A DNA stretch of 64,000 nucleotides from Candidatus Woesearchaeota archaeon (GCA_964466575.1 CAYXNP010000005.1:3938-67937); one strand, 5' to 3'; shown: positions 9,082 through 19,252, numbered from the stretch's first letter. The notes: generated from the letters alone by a model not told the origin. Made by a program: numbers and translations.

Positions 9082-12000
9082 ATGTCAGAAGATAAATCAG
9101 CGTATAATGCAGAATCGATTAAAGTACTCGAAGGTCTGGAAGGTGTCAGAAAACGTCCTGCGATGTACATCGGCTCAACAGGCAAAGACGGGTTGCATCA
9201 TTTAGTTTACGAAGCAGTAGATAATTCTGTCGACGAAGCTCTGGCAGGTTTCTGTAAAAATATTACAATCATATTAAAAAAAGACGGCTCTGCTGTCATT
9301 GAAGATGATGGAAGAGGAATTCCAGTAGATTTGCATCCAACTCTTAAAATACCGGCAGTTGAAGTTGCACTAACACGGTTGCACGCAGGCGGAAAATTCG
9401 ACAAAAAAAGTTATATGATTTCCGGAGGACTGCATGGTGTGGGTATTTCCTGCGTAAACGCATTATCAAAAAAATTAATTGTAGAAATAAAAAGGGACGG
9501 AAATATTTACCAAATGGAATTCTCAAAAGGAATTACAAAAACCAAATTAAAAATTATTGGAAAATCTTCTTCTAAAGATGACACAGGAACAAAAATTGTT
9601 TTCTTTCCAGATGAAGAAATCTTCTCAACTGTAGTTTTTGATTATAAAGTCTTGGAAACCCGGCTTCGTGAATTAGCTTTTTTGAATGCTGGGCTTAAAA
9701 TAAATTTAATTGATGAAGTTAAAGATAAAAAAGAAATCTTCCAATATCATGGAGGATTAATAGAATTTGTAAAATGGGTAAATCAATCTAAAGAAGTTAT
9801 ACATGCAAAACCAGTCTACTTCAAAAGAGAAGACCCAAAAAGCGGCGTCACAATTGACATAGCTATCCAATACAACTCATCATTCAATGAAAATATATTT
9901 GGTTTTGTAAATACTATAAACACTGTCGAAGGTGGAACTCACGTCGCTGGATTCAAAACTGCTTTAACTCGTGTAATAAATGACTATGCAAAGAAAAAAG
10001 GTTTATTAAAAAACGGGAAAAATGATGGAGAATCATTAAGTGGCGAGGATGTAAGAGAAGGACTAACAGCAATAATCAACTTAAAACTTCCACAACCGCA
10101 ATTTGAAGGACAAACAAAAACAAAATTAGGAAATTCAGAAATCAAAGGCCAGGTTGATTCTATTGTTAGTTCGGCATTAAGTGAATTCTTTGAGGAAAAT
10201 CCAAACGTCGCAAGAAAAATAACAGATAAATCATTGCAGGCTGCTAAAGCAAGGCTCGCTGCAAAAAAAGCAAAGGATTTAGTTCGAAGAAAAAACGCTT
10301 TTTCTTTAGGAGGGCTTCCAGGAAAATTAGCAGATTGCTCAGCTAAAAAATCCGACGACACTGAACTATATATCGTAGAAGGTGAATCAGCTGGAGGTTG
10401 TTTTGAGGGGGATACACAAATAGCTCTTGCAGATGGAAGAAATTTATCGTTTAAAGAATTAGTTAAAGAATACAATGAAAATAAAGAAAACTTCTGTTAC
10501 ACAATTATGGATAATGGAAATGTGGGTATTGAAAAAATTGAAAATCCAAGAATAACAAAAAAAGATGCTGAAGTTATAAAAGTTATTTTAGATAATAACC
10601 AAGAAATTATTTGTACTCCAGATCATAAATTTATGTTAAGAGATGGAGCATATAAAGAAGCTAAGGAATTAAATAAAGAAGATTCTTTAATGCCTTTTCA
10701 TAAAAGATTATCTAAAATTGGTGGAAGAATAACTATTGAAGGATATGAGATGATATGGGATCAAAATAAAACTTGGGTTTTTACACATATGCTTGCAGAC
10801 AAATATAACTTAGAAAATGAAATTTATGAAGAAAATCAAGGAACACATAAACACCATATTGATTTTAATAAATTAAATAATAATCCAACCAATATTATTA
10901 GGATGTCTAAAGAAGAACATTTAATTCTTCATACAGAGCATTTAGACAAAACTATTCATAGAGAAGATATTAAAGAAAAAGCAAAATTGGCTCATCAAAC
11001 TACGGAATACAAAGAAAAAATAAGCAATTGGGCAAAGCAACCTGAAATGAATACAATGCTTTCAATAAGGGCTAAGAAACAATGGGAGAACGATGAATAC
11101 AAGGAATTTATGGTTGAAAAGTTTAAAGAGTTTTATGAATCTAATGAGGAATATAGAAAAATTAATACTGAGAGATTGAATATTGAACAAAAGAAATATT
11201 GGTCAAATCCTATTAATCGTAAAAAGGCGTCTGAGAAAGTTAAGAAGTTTTTTGAGGAGAATCTCGACGCTAAAGTGTATTTATCTAATCTTGCAAAAGA
11301 ACAATGGAAAGATGAAACTTTAATAATTTGGAGAAGACAAAAGACTAGCGGGCAATGGACACCAGAATTTAGAAAAAAAAGAAATGAATCTTTAAATAAA
11401 ACTTATTATAATAAGACGATTAAGTTTATGAAATCTGTTCTAGAACAAAATGGCTCCGTTAATTCTTTTGATGAAGTTCGAATTAAAAATAACGATAAAA
11501 ATATTCTGAGTATGGAAACTTTTTGTGAAAGATTTTTTGATGGAAATTTTGATTTAATGTTGGAAGCAGTTGAAAATTCCAATCACAAGATTAAGAGTAT
11601 TGAAAAATTAGATAATAAAATTGATGTTTATGATATTGAAATTCCTAATACTCATAATTTTGCATTAGCATCAGGAGTTTTTGTCCATAATAGCGCAAAA
11701 CAGGCCCGTAATAAAGAACTCCAGGCAATACTCCCATTAAAAGGAAAAATTCTAAACATTGAAAAAGCAGCTCCAACGAAAGCATTGGGAAGTGAAGAAA
11801 TTGCAAATTTAATTATTGCAATTGGAGTCGGCGTCGGAGAACAATTTAACTTAGAAAAGTTACGTTACAATAAAATAATAATTATGACAGATGCCGACGT
11901 AGATGGAGAACATATCAAGACATTGTTGTTAACTTTCTTTTTCAGATTCATGCCGCAATTAATTGAAAATGGAAACGTATACATTGCGCTGCCCCCTTTA

Positions 12001-12294
12001 TTCAAAATTAGAAAAAACAAAGATTACTATGTTTACACCGACGACGAATTAAAGAAAACAATCGAGAAGCTTGGTGGAAATCCAGTTGTAAACAGATTCA
12101 AAGGTTTAGGAGAAATGTCATCACAACAACTTTGGGAAACAACAATGAATCCAAAAACCAGAAAAATAAAAAAGATTTACATTGAAGACGCCGTCGAGGC
12201 AGACCACACTTTCTCAATGCTTATGGGGGACGACGTGCAGGGAAGAAAAGATTTCATCGCAGAAAACGCAAAGGAGGCAATGTTGGATGTTTAA
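9082..12294 (+). CDS. gyrB: DNA gyrase subunit B precursor (intein-containing; 639-aa extein)
   Basis: VRKRPAMYIG, GGLHGVG, VEGESAGG|S, DADVDG and RFKGLGEM motifs. Confidence 0.97.
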   Translation: MSEDKSAYNAESIKVLEGLEGVRKRPAMYIGSTGKDGLHHLVYEAVDNSVDEALAGFCKNITIILKKDGSAVIEDDGRGIPVDLHPTLKIPAVEVALTRLHAGGKFDKKSYMISGGLHGVGISCVNALSKKLIVEIKRDGNIYQMEFSKGITKTKLKIIGKSSSKDDTGTKIVFFPDEEIFSTVVFDYKVLETRLRELAFLNAGLKINLIDEVKDKKEIFQYHGGLIEFVKWVNQSKEVIHAKPVYFKREDPKSGVTIDIAIQYNSSFNENIFGFVNTINTVEGGTHVAGFKTALTRVINDYAKKKGLLKNGKNDGESLSGEDVREGLTAIINLKLPQPQFEGQTKTKLGNSEIKGQVDSIVSSALSEFFEENPNVARKITDKSLQAAKARLAAKKAKDLVRRKNAFSLGGLPGKLADCSAKKSDDTELYIVEGESAGGCFEGDTQIALADGRNLSFKELVKEYNENKENFCYTIMDNGNVGIEKIENPRITKKDAEVIKVILDNNQEIICTPDHKFMLRDGAYKEAKELNKEDSLMPFHKRLSKIGGRITIEGYEMIWDQNKTWVFTHMLADKYNLENEIYEENQGTHKHHIDFNKLNNNPTNIIRMSKEEHLILHTEHLDKTIHREDIKEKAKLAHQTTEYKEKISNWAKQPEMNTMLSIRAKKQWENDEYKEFMVEKFKEFYESNEEYRKINTERLNIEQKKYWSNPINRKKASEKVKKFFEENLDAKVYLSNLAKEQWKDETLIIWRRQKTSGQWTPEFRKKRNESLNKTYYNKTIKFMKSVLEQNGSVNSFDEVRIKNNDKNILSMETFCERFFDGNFDLMLEAVENSNHKIKSIEKLDNKIDVYDIEIPNTHNFALASGVFVHNSAKQARNKELQAILPLKGKILNIEKAAPTKALGSEEIANLIIAIGVGVGEQFNLEKLRYNKIIIMTDADVDGEHIKTLLLTFFFRFMPQLIENGNVYIALPPLFKIRKNKDYYVYTDDELKKTIEKLGGNPVVNRFKGLGEMSSQQLWETTMNPKTRKIKKIYIEDAVEADHTFSMLMGDDVQGRKDFIAENAKEAMLDV
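10399..11691 (+). mobile_element. 431-aa intein with HNH endonuclease in GyrB
   Basis: Starts CFEGDT; block B CTPDHKF; HHIDFNKLNN; ends [14 protein letters not shown] followed by Ser. Confidence 0.95.
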
Positions 12295-12295
12295 A

Positions 12296-12547
12296 ATGGG
12301 AAAATTAGAAAAACTTGATGGAGCAAATATGGATATTGATTTAGTATCTGAAGATAAAACATCTTGGAAACAAATGAAATGTCCTTGGAACGAAGCCAAA
12401 GGAACAAATATCCACAAATGTGCAATAAAAAATGTCTCTATATGCCCTTATTTTTGTGGAATAGAATACTTAGATAATGTTATATGCTGTTACCCTAATA
12501 AAAATAAATTAGTAGATAATAAATTAAACAAAAAGATAAATAAATAA
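12296..12547 (+). CDS. Small Cys-rich hypothetical protein
   Basis: CPW...HKC...SICPYFCG...CCY; ATG lies just after the gyrB stop. Confidence 0.7.
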   Translation: MGKLEKLDGANMDIDLVSEDKTSWKQMKCPWNEAKGTNIHKCAIKNVSICPYFCGIEYLDNVICCYPNKNKLVDNKLNKKINK

Positions 12548-12548
12548 A

Positions 12549-12881
12549 ATGGCAGATATAAATGATTTCAAAAAGTTAAACATAAGAGTCGGAAAAATAA
12601 TTAGTATAGATGATTTTCCAGAAGCAAAAAAACCAACTTACAAATTAAAAATTGATTTTGGTAAAGAAATAGGAATTAAAAAATCATCAGCTCAATTAGT
12701 TGATAATTACACAAAAGAAGAATTAAAAGATAAATTAGTTTTAGGTATTATCAATCTCCAGCCAAGGCAAATAGGAAATTTCATATCAGAAGTTTTAACT
12801 CTCGGAGTTCCAGATGAAAAAAATAAATGTCTCTTAGTTCAACCTGAATTAAATACTCCTTTAGGAGCCAAATTATATTAA
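12549..12881 (+). CDS. csaA: CsaA/Trbp111 tRNA-binding OB-fold protein
   Basis: DFKKLNIRVGKI...KPTYKLKIDFG...SSAQ...SEVLTLG. Confidence 0.92.
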   Translation: MADINDFKKLNIRVGKIISIDDFPEAKKPTYKLKIDFGKEIGIKKSSAQLVDNYTKEELKDKLVLGIINLQPRQIGNFISEVLTLGVPDEKNKCLLVQPELNTPLGAKLY

Positions 12882-12882
12882 A

Positions 12883-13230
12883 ATGGGAAAATTAGAAACA
12901 CCAGCCTGGATTAAAGAAGGATATGATTCTCCAGCTGAATACAAAAAAGCCATGCAGAAAAATAAATCTTTTACATCGTCAAAGCAATCTGATAATTCTT
13001 CAACAAAAAATCTAAACAAAACATCGTCTAAAAAATTTGAAAAAACTTTTAAAATCAGGGAATGTCCAAAGTGCGAGAGTGATGATGTGGGTGTTGTTGT
13101 TGGCGAAGAGAAAAGTGGAATGTGGGAATGCCGAAAATGTAAATGGAAAGGTGTGAATATTATTCAAAAAGAATTAAACGAAGACGAATTGATGGCTTAT
13201 ATGGATAGCAAAGGGGAGGAAGTTGCATAA
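12883..13230 (+). CDS. Zn-ribbon hypothetical protein
   Basis: CPKCES...WECRKCKW. Confidence 0.75.
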   Translation: MGKLETPAWIKEGYDSPAEYKKAMQKNKSFTSSKQSDNSSTKNLNKTSSKKFEKTFKIRECPKCESDDVGVVVGEEKSGMWECRKCKWKGVNIIQKELNEDELMAYMDSKGEEVA

Positions 13231-13284
13231 AATGATACTAGCACACCCCACATCAAAATTATTCTCACTTAAAATAAATCTTAA

Positions 13285-13342
13285 GCGAAGAAATCTACCG
13301 AAGGTGATTTCGTAGCCATAGATAACACGAATGAAATGAGTG
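13285..13342 (+). repeat. Structured repeat: module B hairpin followed by module A hairpin
   Basis: GC-GAA-GAAATC..GATTTC-GTA-GC, then CAC-GA-AT-GAA-AT-GA-GTG. Confidence 0.7.
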
Positions 13343-13359
13343 GTAAATAAAAATTTAAA

Positions 13360-16300
13360 ATGACAGAAGAAGAAAAACCAATAGATGTTAAAGATGAAAA
13401 AGGAATCATAAACACTGAAATATCAACCGAAATGAAAAAGGCATACTTAGATTATGCTATGTCAGTTATTGTAAGCAGAGCTATTCCTTCAGCAGAAGAC
13501 GGATTGAAACCAGTTCAGCGAAGAATTCTTTATTCAATGAATGCAATGGGATTAAAACCCGGAACTCAAACAAAAAAATCAGCACGTATTGTCGGAGATG
13601 TTATTGGCAAGTTCCACCCGCATGGAGATACAGCAGTTTACGACGCATTAGTGCGGATGGCGCAGGATTTCTCATTAAGATATCCATTAGTTTACGGACA
13701 AGGAAACTTCGGGTGTTTTACGGCCGATACTAAAATTAAACTTGCAGATGGAAGAAATTTATCATTTGCTGAACTTATTGAAGAACATAAACAAGGAAAA
13801 AGAAATTTTACTTATACTATGGATGAGGGGATAATAAAGATAGCTGAAATAAAAAACCCAAGAAAAACAAAAGAAAACACGGAAATTATGAAAGTCATCC
13901 TTGATAATGGGGAAGAAATAAAATGCACTCTTAATCATAAATTTATGTTAAAAGATGGAGATTATAAAGACGCCCAAGAACTAAAGTCTGGAGATTCATT
14001 AATGCCCATTTATTCCAGACTATCTGTAAAATCAGATGATCCTAATGCTATCGGTTATACTATGATTTTTCAGCCAAAATTAAATTTATGGAATTTTGCA
14101 CATATATTATCTGATGAATGGAATATTGAAAATGGAATTTATCAAAAGTCTTCAGGAAGAATAAGACATCACGTTAATTTTAATAAACTTAACAATAATC
14201 CCCATAATATAAGGAGAATGAACTGGAAAGAACATTGGCAAACACATTATAATCTTACTTCTGAAAAGCACAAAAATGATCCGGAATATAGAAAACAGCT
14301 GCAAAAAGGAAGAGAAAAATTCTGGTCAAATGAAGAAAATAGAAAAAAATATTCAAAAAGATTATCTGAAAGAAATTTAGAGAATTGGAAAAAAGAAGAT
14401 TATAGGCAGGAAATGTCAGTTACTTTAAGTGAAGTTAACAAAAGATATTTGAAAGATCATCCTGAAGTTATTGAAGAAATAAGCAAACGAGCTTCTATAA
14501 CTATGAAAAAAATGTGGCAAATGCCAGAATATAAAAGATTATTCCATGATACTATTACTAAAACTAACAAACAAAGAAAAACAAATCAAACGGGCAAAAA
14601 GAAATTTTTGAAAATTTGCAATTACCTTAAAGAAAAGAATATTCCCTTAAATGAGGAAAACTTTGAGAAAATAAGAAAAGATATTTTTGGAATAAAAAGT
14701 TTTACTTCATGGAATTTAGGTTTGCATAAATATTATGAAAATGATAATAACTTGCTTTTAGCAGAAATTAATGGAAATCATAAGGTGGTTGAAATAATAT
14801 TTCTACAGGAGTATGAAGACGTATATGATATTAGCATTGATGTAACGCATAACTTTGCTTTAGCTTCAGGAGTTTTTGTGCATAATTCAATCGACGGTGA
14901 TCCGCCGGCAGCTTATCGTTATACTGAAGCAAGAATAATGCCAATCACTTTAGAACTCTTAGAAGATATTGAAAAAGAAACAGTAAAATTTATCCCTAAT
15001 TTTGACAACTCAACAAAAGAGCCGGTTTTACTTCCAGGAAAATTACCCAACTTATTGTTAAACGGCGCAACAGGAATCGCAGTAGGAATGGCAACAAATA
15101 TTCCGCCGCACAATCTAACAGAAATCTGCGACGCGATAATCACCTATATTAAAAATCCAGATATCACTTTTGAAAAACTTGCACAAATCGTAACAGGCCC
15201 TGATTTTCCAACAGGCGGTTATGTTTCAGGAGACATGCTTGAACTCTACAAAACTGGAAAAGGAAGAATGGTAATGCGTGGAAAAATAACAACTGAATCT
15301 GTACGCAGCAAAGATGCAATTGTCATAACAGAAATTCCATACATGGTTAACAAAACCGATTTAATCACCCAAATCGCAAAAATGATACAGGACAAAAAAC
15401 TTCGGGACGTTTCAGATTTAAGAGACGAATCAAGCAAAGGAAAAATACGAATCGTAATTGAATTAAGAAAAGGAGGAAATTCAAAATTCATAACAAACGC
15501 TATATACAAATACACAAGAATGCAGGACAACTTCAACGCAAACATTTTAGCTCTAGTAGATAACCAACCAAAAGTCCTAAACCTAAAACAAATATTGGAA
15601 GAATACGTCAGATACAGAAAAAAAGTCATAACAAACAGAACAAAATACCTGTTAAAAAAAGCGCAGGAAAGATTAGAAATCGTTGAAGGTTTGCTCATCG
15701 CATTAAATAATATCGACGCTGTAATTACACTAATCAAGAAATCTAAGAACGCAATAGAGGCCTTGGAAGGATTAGTTAAAAAATTTAATTTATCAAGAAA
15801 ACAAGCCCAGGCAGTATTAGATACAAAATTACAGCAGCTAACATCTTTAGAAGTTGAAAAACTCGTGCGGGAACAAAAAGAACTGCATGAGAATATTAAA
15901 GAATATGAAAAAATACTTTCAGATGTCAATGAAGTCTTAAAATTAATAACTAAAGACTTGAACGAATTAAAACGAAAATATGGGGATACTAGAAGAACAT
16001 ATGTATTGCAAAAAGTCGCGGAAATTTCAGAGAAAGACTTGGTGCAAAAAAAAGAAGTTGTTGTGACAATTACTGAAAAAGGTTATTGCAAACGAATGGA
16101 TGTAAAATCCTATCGGGAGCAAAAGCGCGGGGGAAAAGGCGCGATTGGAAGTAATTTAGCAATGGGAGATTTTGTCAAGCAAATGATAACTTGTTCAACG
16201 CACGATTACTTGATGTTCTTTACAACAAGAGGTAAAGTTTATTGGTTGAAAACATACGACATTCCAGAAGCAGAAAAATACAGCAAAGGAAAAGCAATTG

Positions 16301-16989
16301 TTAACCTGTTAAATTTGAAAGATGAAGCGGTTACAAATGTAATCTCAGTTAAATCTTTTGAAGATTCATTATTTATGACAACTAAAAAAGGAATAGTTAA
16401 AAAAATATCCCTGCAGCATTTCTCTAAACTTCGTGCCAGCGGAGTTAGAGCATTAAATCTTCCGAATGACAATTCTGATTTTTTGATTGGAGTAGAAATT
16501 GTCAAACCAAAACAGGAAGTTCTCTTGGCGACAAAAAAAGGGCAGGCAATAAAATTCAACAGTGATGATATTAGAGAAATGGGAAGAGCTTCTTATGGTG
16601 TTACAGGAATAAAAATGAGTAGTGGCGACGAGGTTGTTTCATTGGAAATCTTAGATACAGTCGCTGTTATGACAATTACAGAAAATGGTTATGGTAAAAG
16701 AACTGCTGTTCAAGACTATAGAAAAACAGCTCGTGCAGGAAAAGGCGTTATCAATGTCAAAGTCTCAGAAAAAACCGGCGAAGTTGTAACAACAGTTTCA
16801 GTAAACGATTCTGATTCAATAATAATCACAACTGCAAAAGGAATTGTTATTAGAACTTCTTTGAAGAACATCCGAGTAATGGGAAGAGCCGCGCAAGGAG
16901 TTAGAATTGTAAAACTTCAGCAAGGTGATAAAGTTACTGACTTGGTAAAAGTGCAGGAAGAGAATGGGAATGGGGAGGGAAAAGAGTAA
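13360..16989 (+). CDS. gyrA: DNA gyrase subunit A precursor (intein-containing; 818-aa extein)
   Basis: [23 protein letters not shown] catalytic Tyr, GyrA-box QKRGGKG and C-terminal pinwheel repeats. Confidence 0.97.
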   Translation: MTEEEKPIDVKDEKGIINTEISTEMKKAYLDYAMSVIVSRAIPSAEDGLKPVQRRILYSMNAMGLKPGTQTKKSARIVGDVIGKFHPHGDTAVYDALVRMAQDFSLRYPLVYGQGNFGCFTADTKIKLADGRNLSFAELIEEHKQGKRNFTYTMDEGIIKIAEIKNPRKTKENTEIMKVILDNGEEIKCTLNHKFMLKDGDYKDAQELKSGDSLMPIYSRLSVKSDDPNAIGYTMIFQPKLNLWNFAHILSDEWNIENGIYQKSSGRIRHHVNFNKLNNNPHNIRRMNWKEHWQTHYNLTSEKHKNDPEYRKQLQKGREKFWSNEENRKKYSKRLSERNLENWKKEDYRQEMSVTLSEVNKRYLKDHPEVIEEISKRASITMKKMWQMPEYKRLFHDTITKTNKQRKTNQTGKKKFLKICNYLKEKNIPLNEENFEKIRKDIFGIKSFTSWNLGLHKYYENDNNLLLAEINGNHKVVEIIFLQEYEDVYDISIDVTHNFALASGVFVHNSIDGDPPAAYRYTEARIMPITLELLEDIEKETVKFIPNFDNSTKEPVLLPGKLPNLLLNGATGIAVGMATNIPPHNLTEICDAIITYIKNPDITFEKLAQIVTGPDFPTGGYVSGDMLELYKTGKGRMVMRGKITTESVRSKDAIVITEIPYMVNKTDLITQIAKMIQDKKLRDVSDLRDESSKGKIRIVIELRKGGNSKFITNAIYKYTRMQDNFNANILALVDNQPKVLNLKQILEEYVRYRKKVITNRTKYLLKKAQERLEIVEGLLIALNNIDAVITLIKKSKNAIEALEGLVKKFNLSRKQAQAVLDTKLQQLTSLEVEKLVREQKELHENIKEYEKILSDVNEVLKLITKDLNELKRKYGDTRRTYVLQKVAEISEKDLVQKKEVVVTITEKGYCKRMDVKSYREQKRGGKGAIGSNLAMGDFVKQMITCSTHDYLMFFTTRGKVYWLKTYDIPEAEKYSKGKAIVNLLNLKDEAVTNVISVKSFEDSLFMTTKKGIVKKISLQHFSKLRASGVRALNLPNDNSDFLIGVEIVKPKQEVLLATKKGQAIKFNSDDIREMGRASYGVTGIKMSSGDEVVSLEILDTVAVMTITENGYGKRTAVQDYRKTARAGKGVINVKVSEKTGEVVTTVSVNDSDSIIITTAKGIVIRTSLKNIRVMGRAAQGVRIVKLQQGDKVTDLVKVQEENGNGEGKE
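13714..14886 (+). mobile_element. 391-aa intein with HNH-like endonuclease in GyrA
   Basis: GNFG|CFTADT start; CTLNHKF; [10 protein letters not shown]; ends [14 protein letters not shown]|S. Confidence 0.95.
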
Positions 16990-16995
16990 AATTAA

Positions 16996-17514
16996 TTACA
17001 ATGTCCCATACCAAATATCTGATTTATGTTTTTGTTTTAAAAATTTAACAACCTGATGAACTTCGCCTATTTTTGAAGAATAATTTCTTCTATTTCTAGT
17101 TCTTTCAAATTTAGATAATCCTTTAGGTTCAACCCACTCTCCAAATTCTTCTTGAGCTATTTCAAAAGATGATTTCGGTTCACAACCTATTCCGTAATTT
17201 CTCTTAAAATATTCTATTAATTTAATTGGTATTGATCTTCCATGTTCAATTCTTTCAATCTTTGGTTTTGGAGAAATCCGGGGACTTCCATAACATCCAA
17301 CAATTTCTGAAGTTGAAGGAGAAGAATGAACTTTTCTATAATCAACAATATCAATTATCGCCTTTTTCCCATCTAAATATTCTTTCAAGCAATCTTCAAC
17401 AGCTCCTTCAAATCTTTCATAAGATTCATCAGAATCCAAAAGCGCAGCTAATGATTGGCTCATTCCAAGTTTTCCTACAAGTTCATCTAACTTCTTCCTT
17501 TTAGTTTCTTCCAT
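16996..17514 (-). CDS. Hypothetical protein
   Basis: 172-aa ORF with a TATA-like element upstream. Confidence 0.65.
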   Translation of the reverse strand: MEETKRKKLDELVGKLGMSQSLAALLDSDESYERFEGAVEDCLKEYLDGKKAIIDIVDYRKVHSSPSTSEIVGCYGSPRISPKPKIERIEHGRSIPIKLIEYFKRNYGIGCEPKSSFEIAQEEFGEWVEPKGLSKFERTRNRRNYSSKIGEVHQVVKFLKQKHKSDIWYGTL

Positions 17515-17573
17515 AAAATCAAGTAAAATTCGTCCTATAAAAACCTTTCGTCTATTACCACTTGCAAGTTACA

Positions 17574-17819
17574 TTATTGCTCGTCCTTATGATAAATTGT
17601 TAAGAAAATAAGCTCGTTAGCATTTTGTTCATAAGAATATGATAACCTAAAACTCCCAGCATAAACTTCCCTCGTTCCTTTTCTTTCATACTTCATTGGT
17701 TTTCCAATTTCAGGATTTTCAATAATTTTATTTACTAATTTCTTTATTTGAATCTTTAAAGAATTATCCAGTTTTTTAAAAGTCTTTTGAAATCTTGGCG
17801 CATAAGTATATTTTACCAT
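17574..17819 (-). CDS. RelE/ParE-family toxin
   Basis: FQKTFKKL...IIENPEIGKPM...FRLSY...IYHKD. Confidence 0.85.
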   Translation of the reverse strand: MVKYTYAPRFQKTFKKLDNSLKIQIKKLVNKIIENPEIGKPMKYERKGTREVYAGSFRLSYSYEQNANELIFLTIYHKDEQ

Positions 17820-18004
17820 TTATCAATTTCTTTCAAAAATTCTTCTTTAGGCATTGTAATGCCTTTTCCTTCATCTATTTCTTCCCAAGCTTCTTCAGTA
17901 TCACGCGCGAAATCTAAATCTTCTCTAATTTTAGCAACCTCTAACTTTAAGGCAATCAAATCTTCATTCATTTTCCTAATATCAATAGTTTGTTCCATAA
18001 TCAT
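17813..18004 (-). CDS. Putative antitoxin
   Basis: Small acidic ORF overlapping the toxin start; EAWEEIDEGKG...EEFLKE. Confidence 0.8.
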   Translation of the reverse strand: MIMEQTIDIRKMNEDLIALKLEVAKIREDLDFARDTEEAWEEIDEGKGITMPKEEFLKEIDKW

Positions 18005-18062
18005 AAATAATTCTAAAGTTTTTATATTTTTCTGTGAAGAGAAATGGTGGGGGAAAGAGTAA
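17995..18062 (+). repeat. Antitoxin promoter plus gyrA-end relic, copy 1 (copy 2 at 18708-18776)
   Basis: Near-identical ~68-bp segments; both end like the gyrA 3' end GAAGAGAA...GGGAAAAGAGTAA. Confidence 0.85.
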
Positions 18063-18109
18063 ATACCTGCTCACCTCATTCGCAGATCATATAATCATTT
18101 TAATCTAGA

Positions 18110-18179
18110 TTTATCAATTAATACCATCATCAATGTTGAATCTGAGTTAACCAAGATTTATAGAACGAGCTTGCGAGTG
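18110..18179 (+). repeat. ~70-bp repeat ending in a module A hairpin (second copy ~19178-19246)
   Basis: TATCAATTAATACCATCATCAAT..AATCTGAGTTAACCAA.ATTTATAGAACGAGCTTGCGAGT occurs twice. Confidence 0.9.
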
Positions 18180-18249
18180 CTAATTTTTATTTAGAAAGTG
18201 AACTTAACACAAGATAATATTTTATAAATAGTTCTATATTAACAATATC

Positions 18250-18576
18250 ATGACTAACTTTAAAGTTTATCATTCGGCTAGGTTTAATAGAGAATTATCT
18301 AAGCTTGGTGTTGATTTTCAAAGGCGGGTTGATAAAATTGAAGATGAGATTTCTGAAAATCCATATACAGGAAAACCATTAAATGTAAAATGGTTTAGAG
18401 AGAAAAGATATGGAAGTCACCGAATTTATTATCTTGTTTATGAAGACTTGAAATCAGTTATTTTTGTTGGTATAAGTGATAAAGATAATCAACAGCAAGT
18501 TATTAACACAATTAGATTATTATTTAGTTATTTTAGAGAGGAAATAGAAAAACTGCTGGAAAAAGACTTTGATTAA
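18250..18576 (+). CDS. RelE-like toxin
   Basis: ENPYTGKPL...FREKR...RIYYLVY...SDKDNQQ. Confidence 0.75.
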   Translation: MTNFKVYHSARFNRELSKLGVDFQRRVDKIEDEISENPYTGKPLNVKWFREKRYGSHRIYYLVYEDLKSVIFVGISDKDNQQQVINTIRLLFSYFREEIEKLLEKDFD

Positions 18577-18711
18577 TTATCTAACTCTTATAATTCTCCC
18601 TTCTTTTATGTCCTTAAAACTTTCTATGAGTTGTTCTAATAATTCTACATCTATGTTTGCTTGCATTTTCAGCTTTTCATATTCTTCTTTTGAAATAGTT
18701 ATCATTTCCAT
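18577..18711 (-). CDS. 44-aa antitoxin-like peptide convergent on the toxin
   Basis: MEMITISKEEYEKLKMQANIDVELLEQLIESFKDIKEGRIIRVR; shares its upstream region with the 17813-18004 antitoxin. Confidence 0.75.
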   Translation of the reverse strand: MEMITISKEEYEKLKMQANIDVELLEQLIESFKDIKEGRIIRVR

Positions 18712-18808
18712 AATCATAAATAATCTTCAAGTTTTTATATTTTTCTGTGAAGAGAAATGATGAGGGGAAAGAGTGAGAATAAAATAATTGAAAATTCACT
18801 AGAAATTT

Positions 18809-19120
18809 TTATAAACAAATATTTAGCGCAGAGTTATTTACTTTAGTTATAAAACAACTACCATTATACCAAAGAGTAGCGTTACCAACGGTTATATGTT
18901 GAATACTTGCATTATTTGCACTTAACTCATAAAAACTTCCTAACTTAGATTCTATTTCATCAACATTTTGTTTGATTATTATTTGTTGACTTGATGTTTT
19001 AATTAAAAAAATAGCAGTTATTATTAAACCGATTATAGTTGCAATTAAACCTATAAAATTCAGGATTAACATTCCTCTCTGAATTTTCTGATTTCTTGAC
19101 CATTTATTATTCTTTTCCAT
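18809..19120 (-). CDS. Membrane-anchored hypothetical protein
   Basis: One TM helix; start moved to 19120 because the upstream extension lies in a repeat. Confidence 0.6.
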   Translation of the reverse strand: MEKNNKWSRNQKIQRGMLILNFIGLIATIIGLIITAIFLIKTSSQQIIIKQNVDEIESKLGSFYELSANNASIQHITVGNATLWYNGSCFITKVNNSALNICL

Positions 19121-19252
19121 AATATTCACTAACTCTAATGGGTTATAAATTTTTCTCAATACCTTTTGATTTCTATATTTATCAATTAATACCATCATCA
19201 ATATTAAATCTGAGTTAACCAAAATTTATAGAACGAGCTTGCGAGTTCCAAA

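Larger units (their letters stand above)
12291..12898 (+). repeat. 21-bp exact direct repeat (12291-12311 and 12878-12898) bounding a 587-bp cassette
   Basis: TTAAAATGGGAAAATTAGAAA occurs twice; each copy contains a stop codon and the next start codon. Confidence 0.9.

Noticed and set aside
12182-12295. N-terminal extension of the 121-aa ORF overlapping gyrB
   Set aside because: The true start is more plausibly the ATG at 12296, directly after the gyrB stop.
9207-16559. Antisense ORFs inside gyrB and gyrA (e.g. 9984-10475, 15246-15929)
   Set aside because: Shadow frames of strongly conserved genes, with no motifs of their own. The same applies to those opposite kae1, infB, lctP, the oxidoreductase and elp3.
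16990-19250. Classical integron with attC sites
   Set aside because: No IntI-like tyrosine recombinase, and I could not find consistent RYYYAAC...GTTRRRY boxes around the cassettes.
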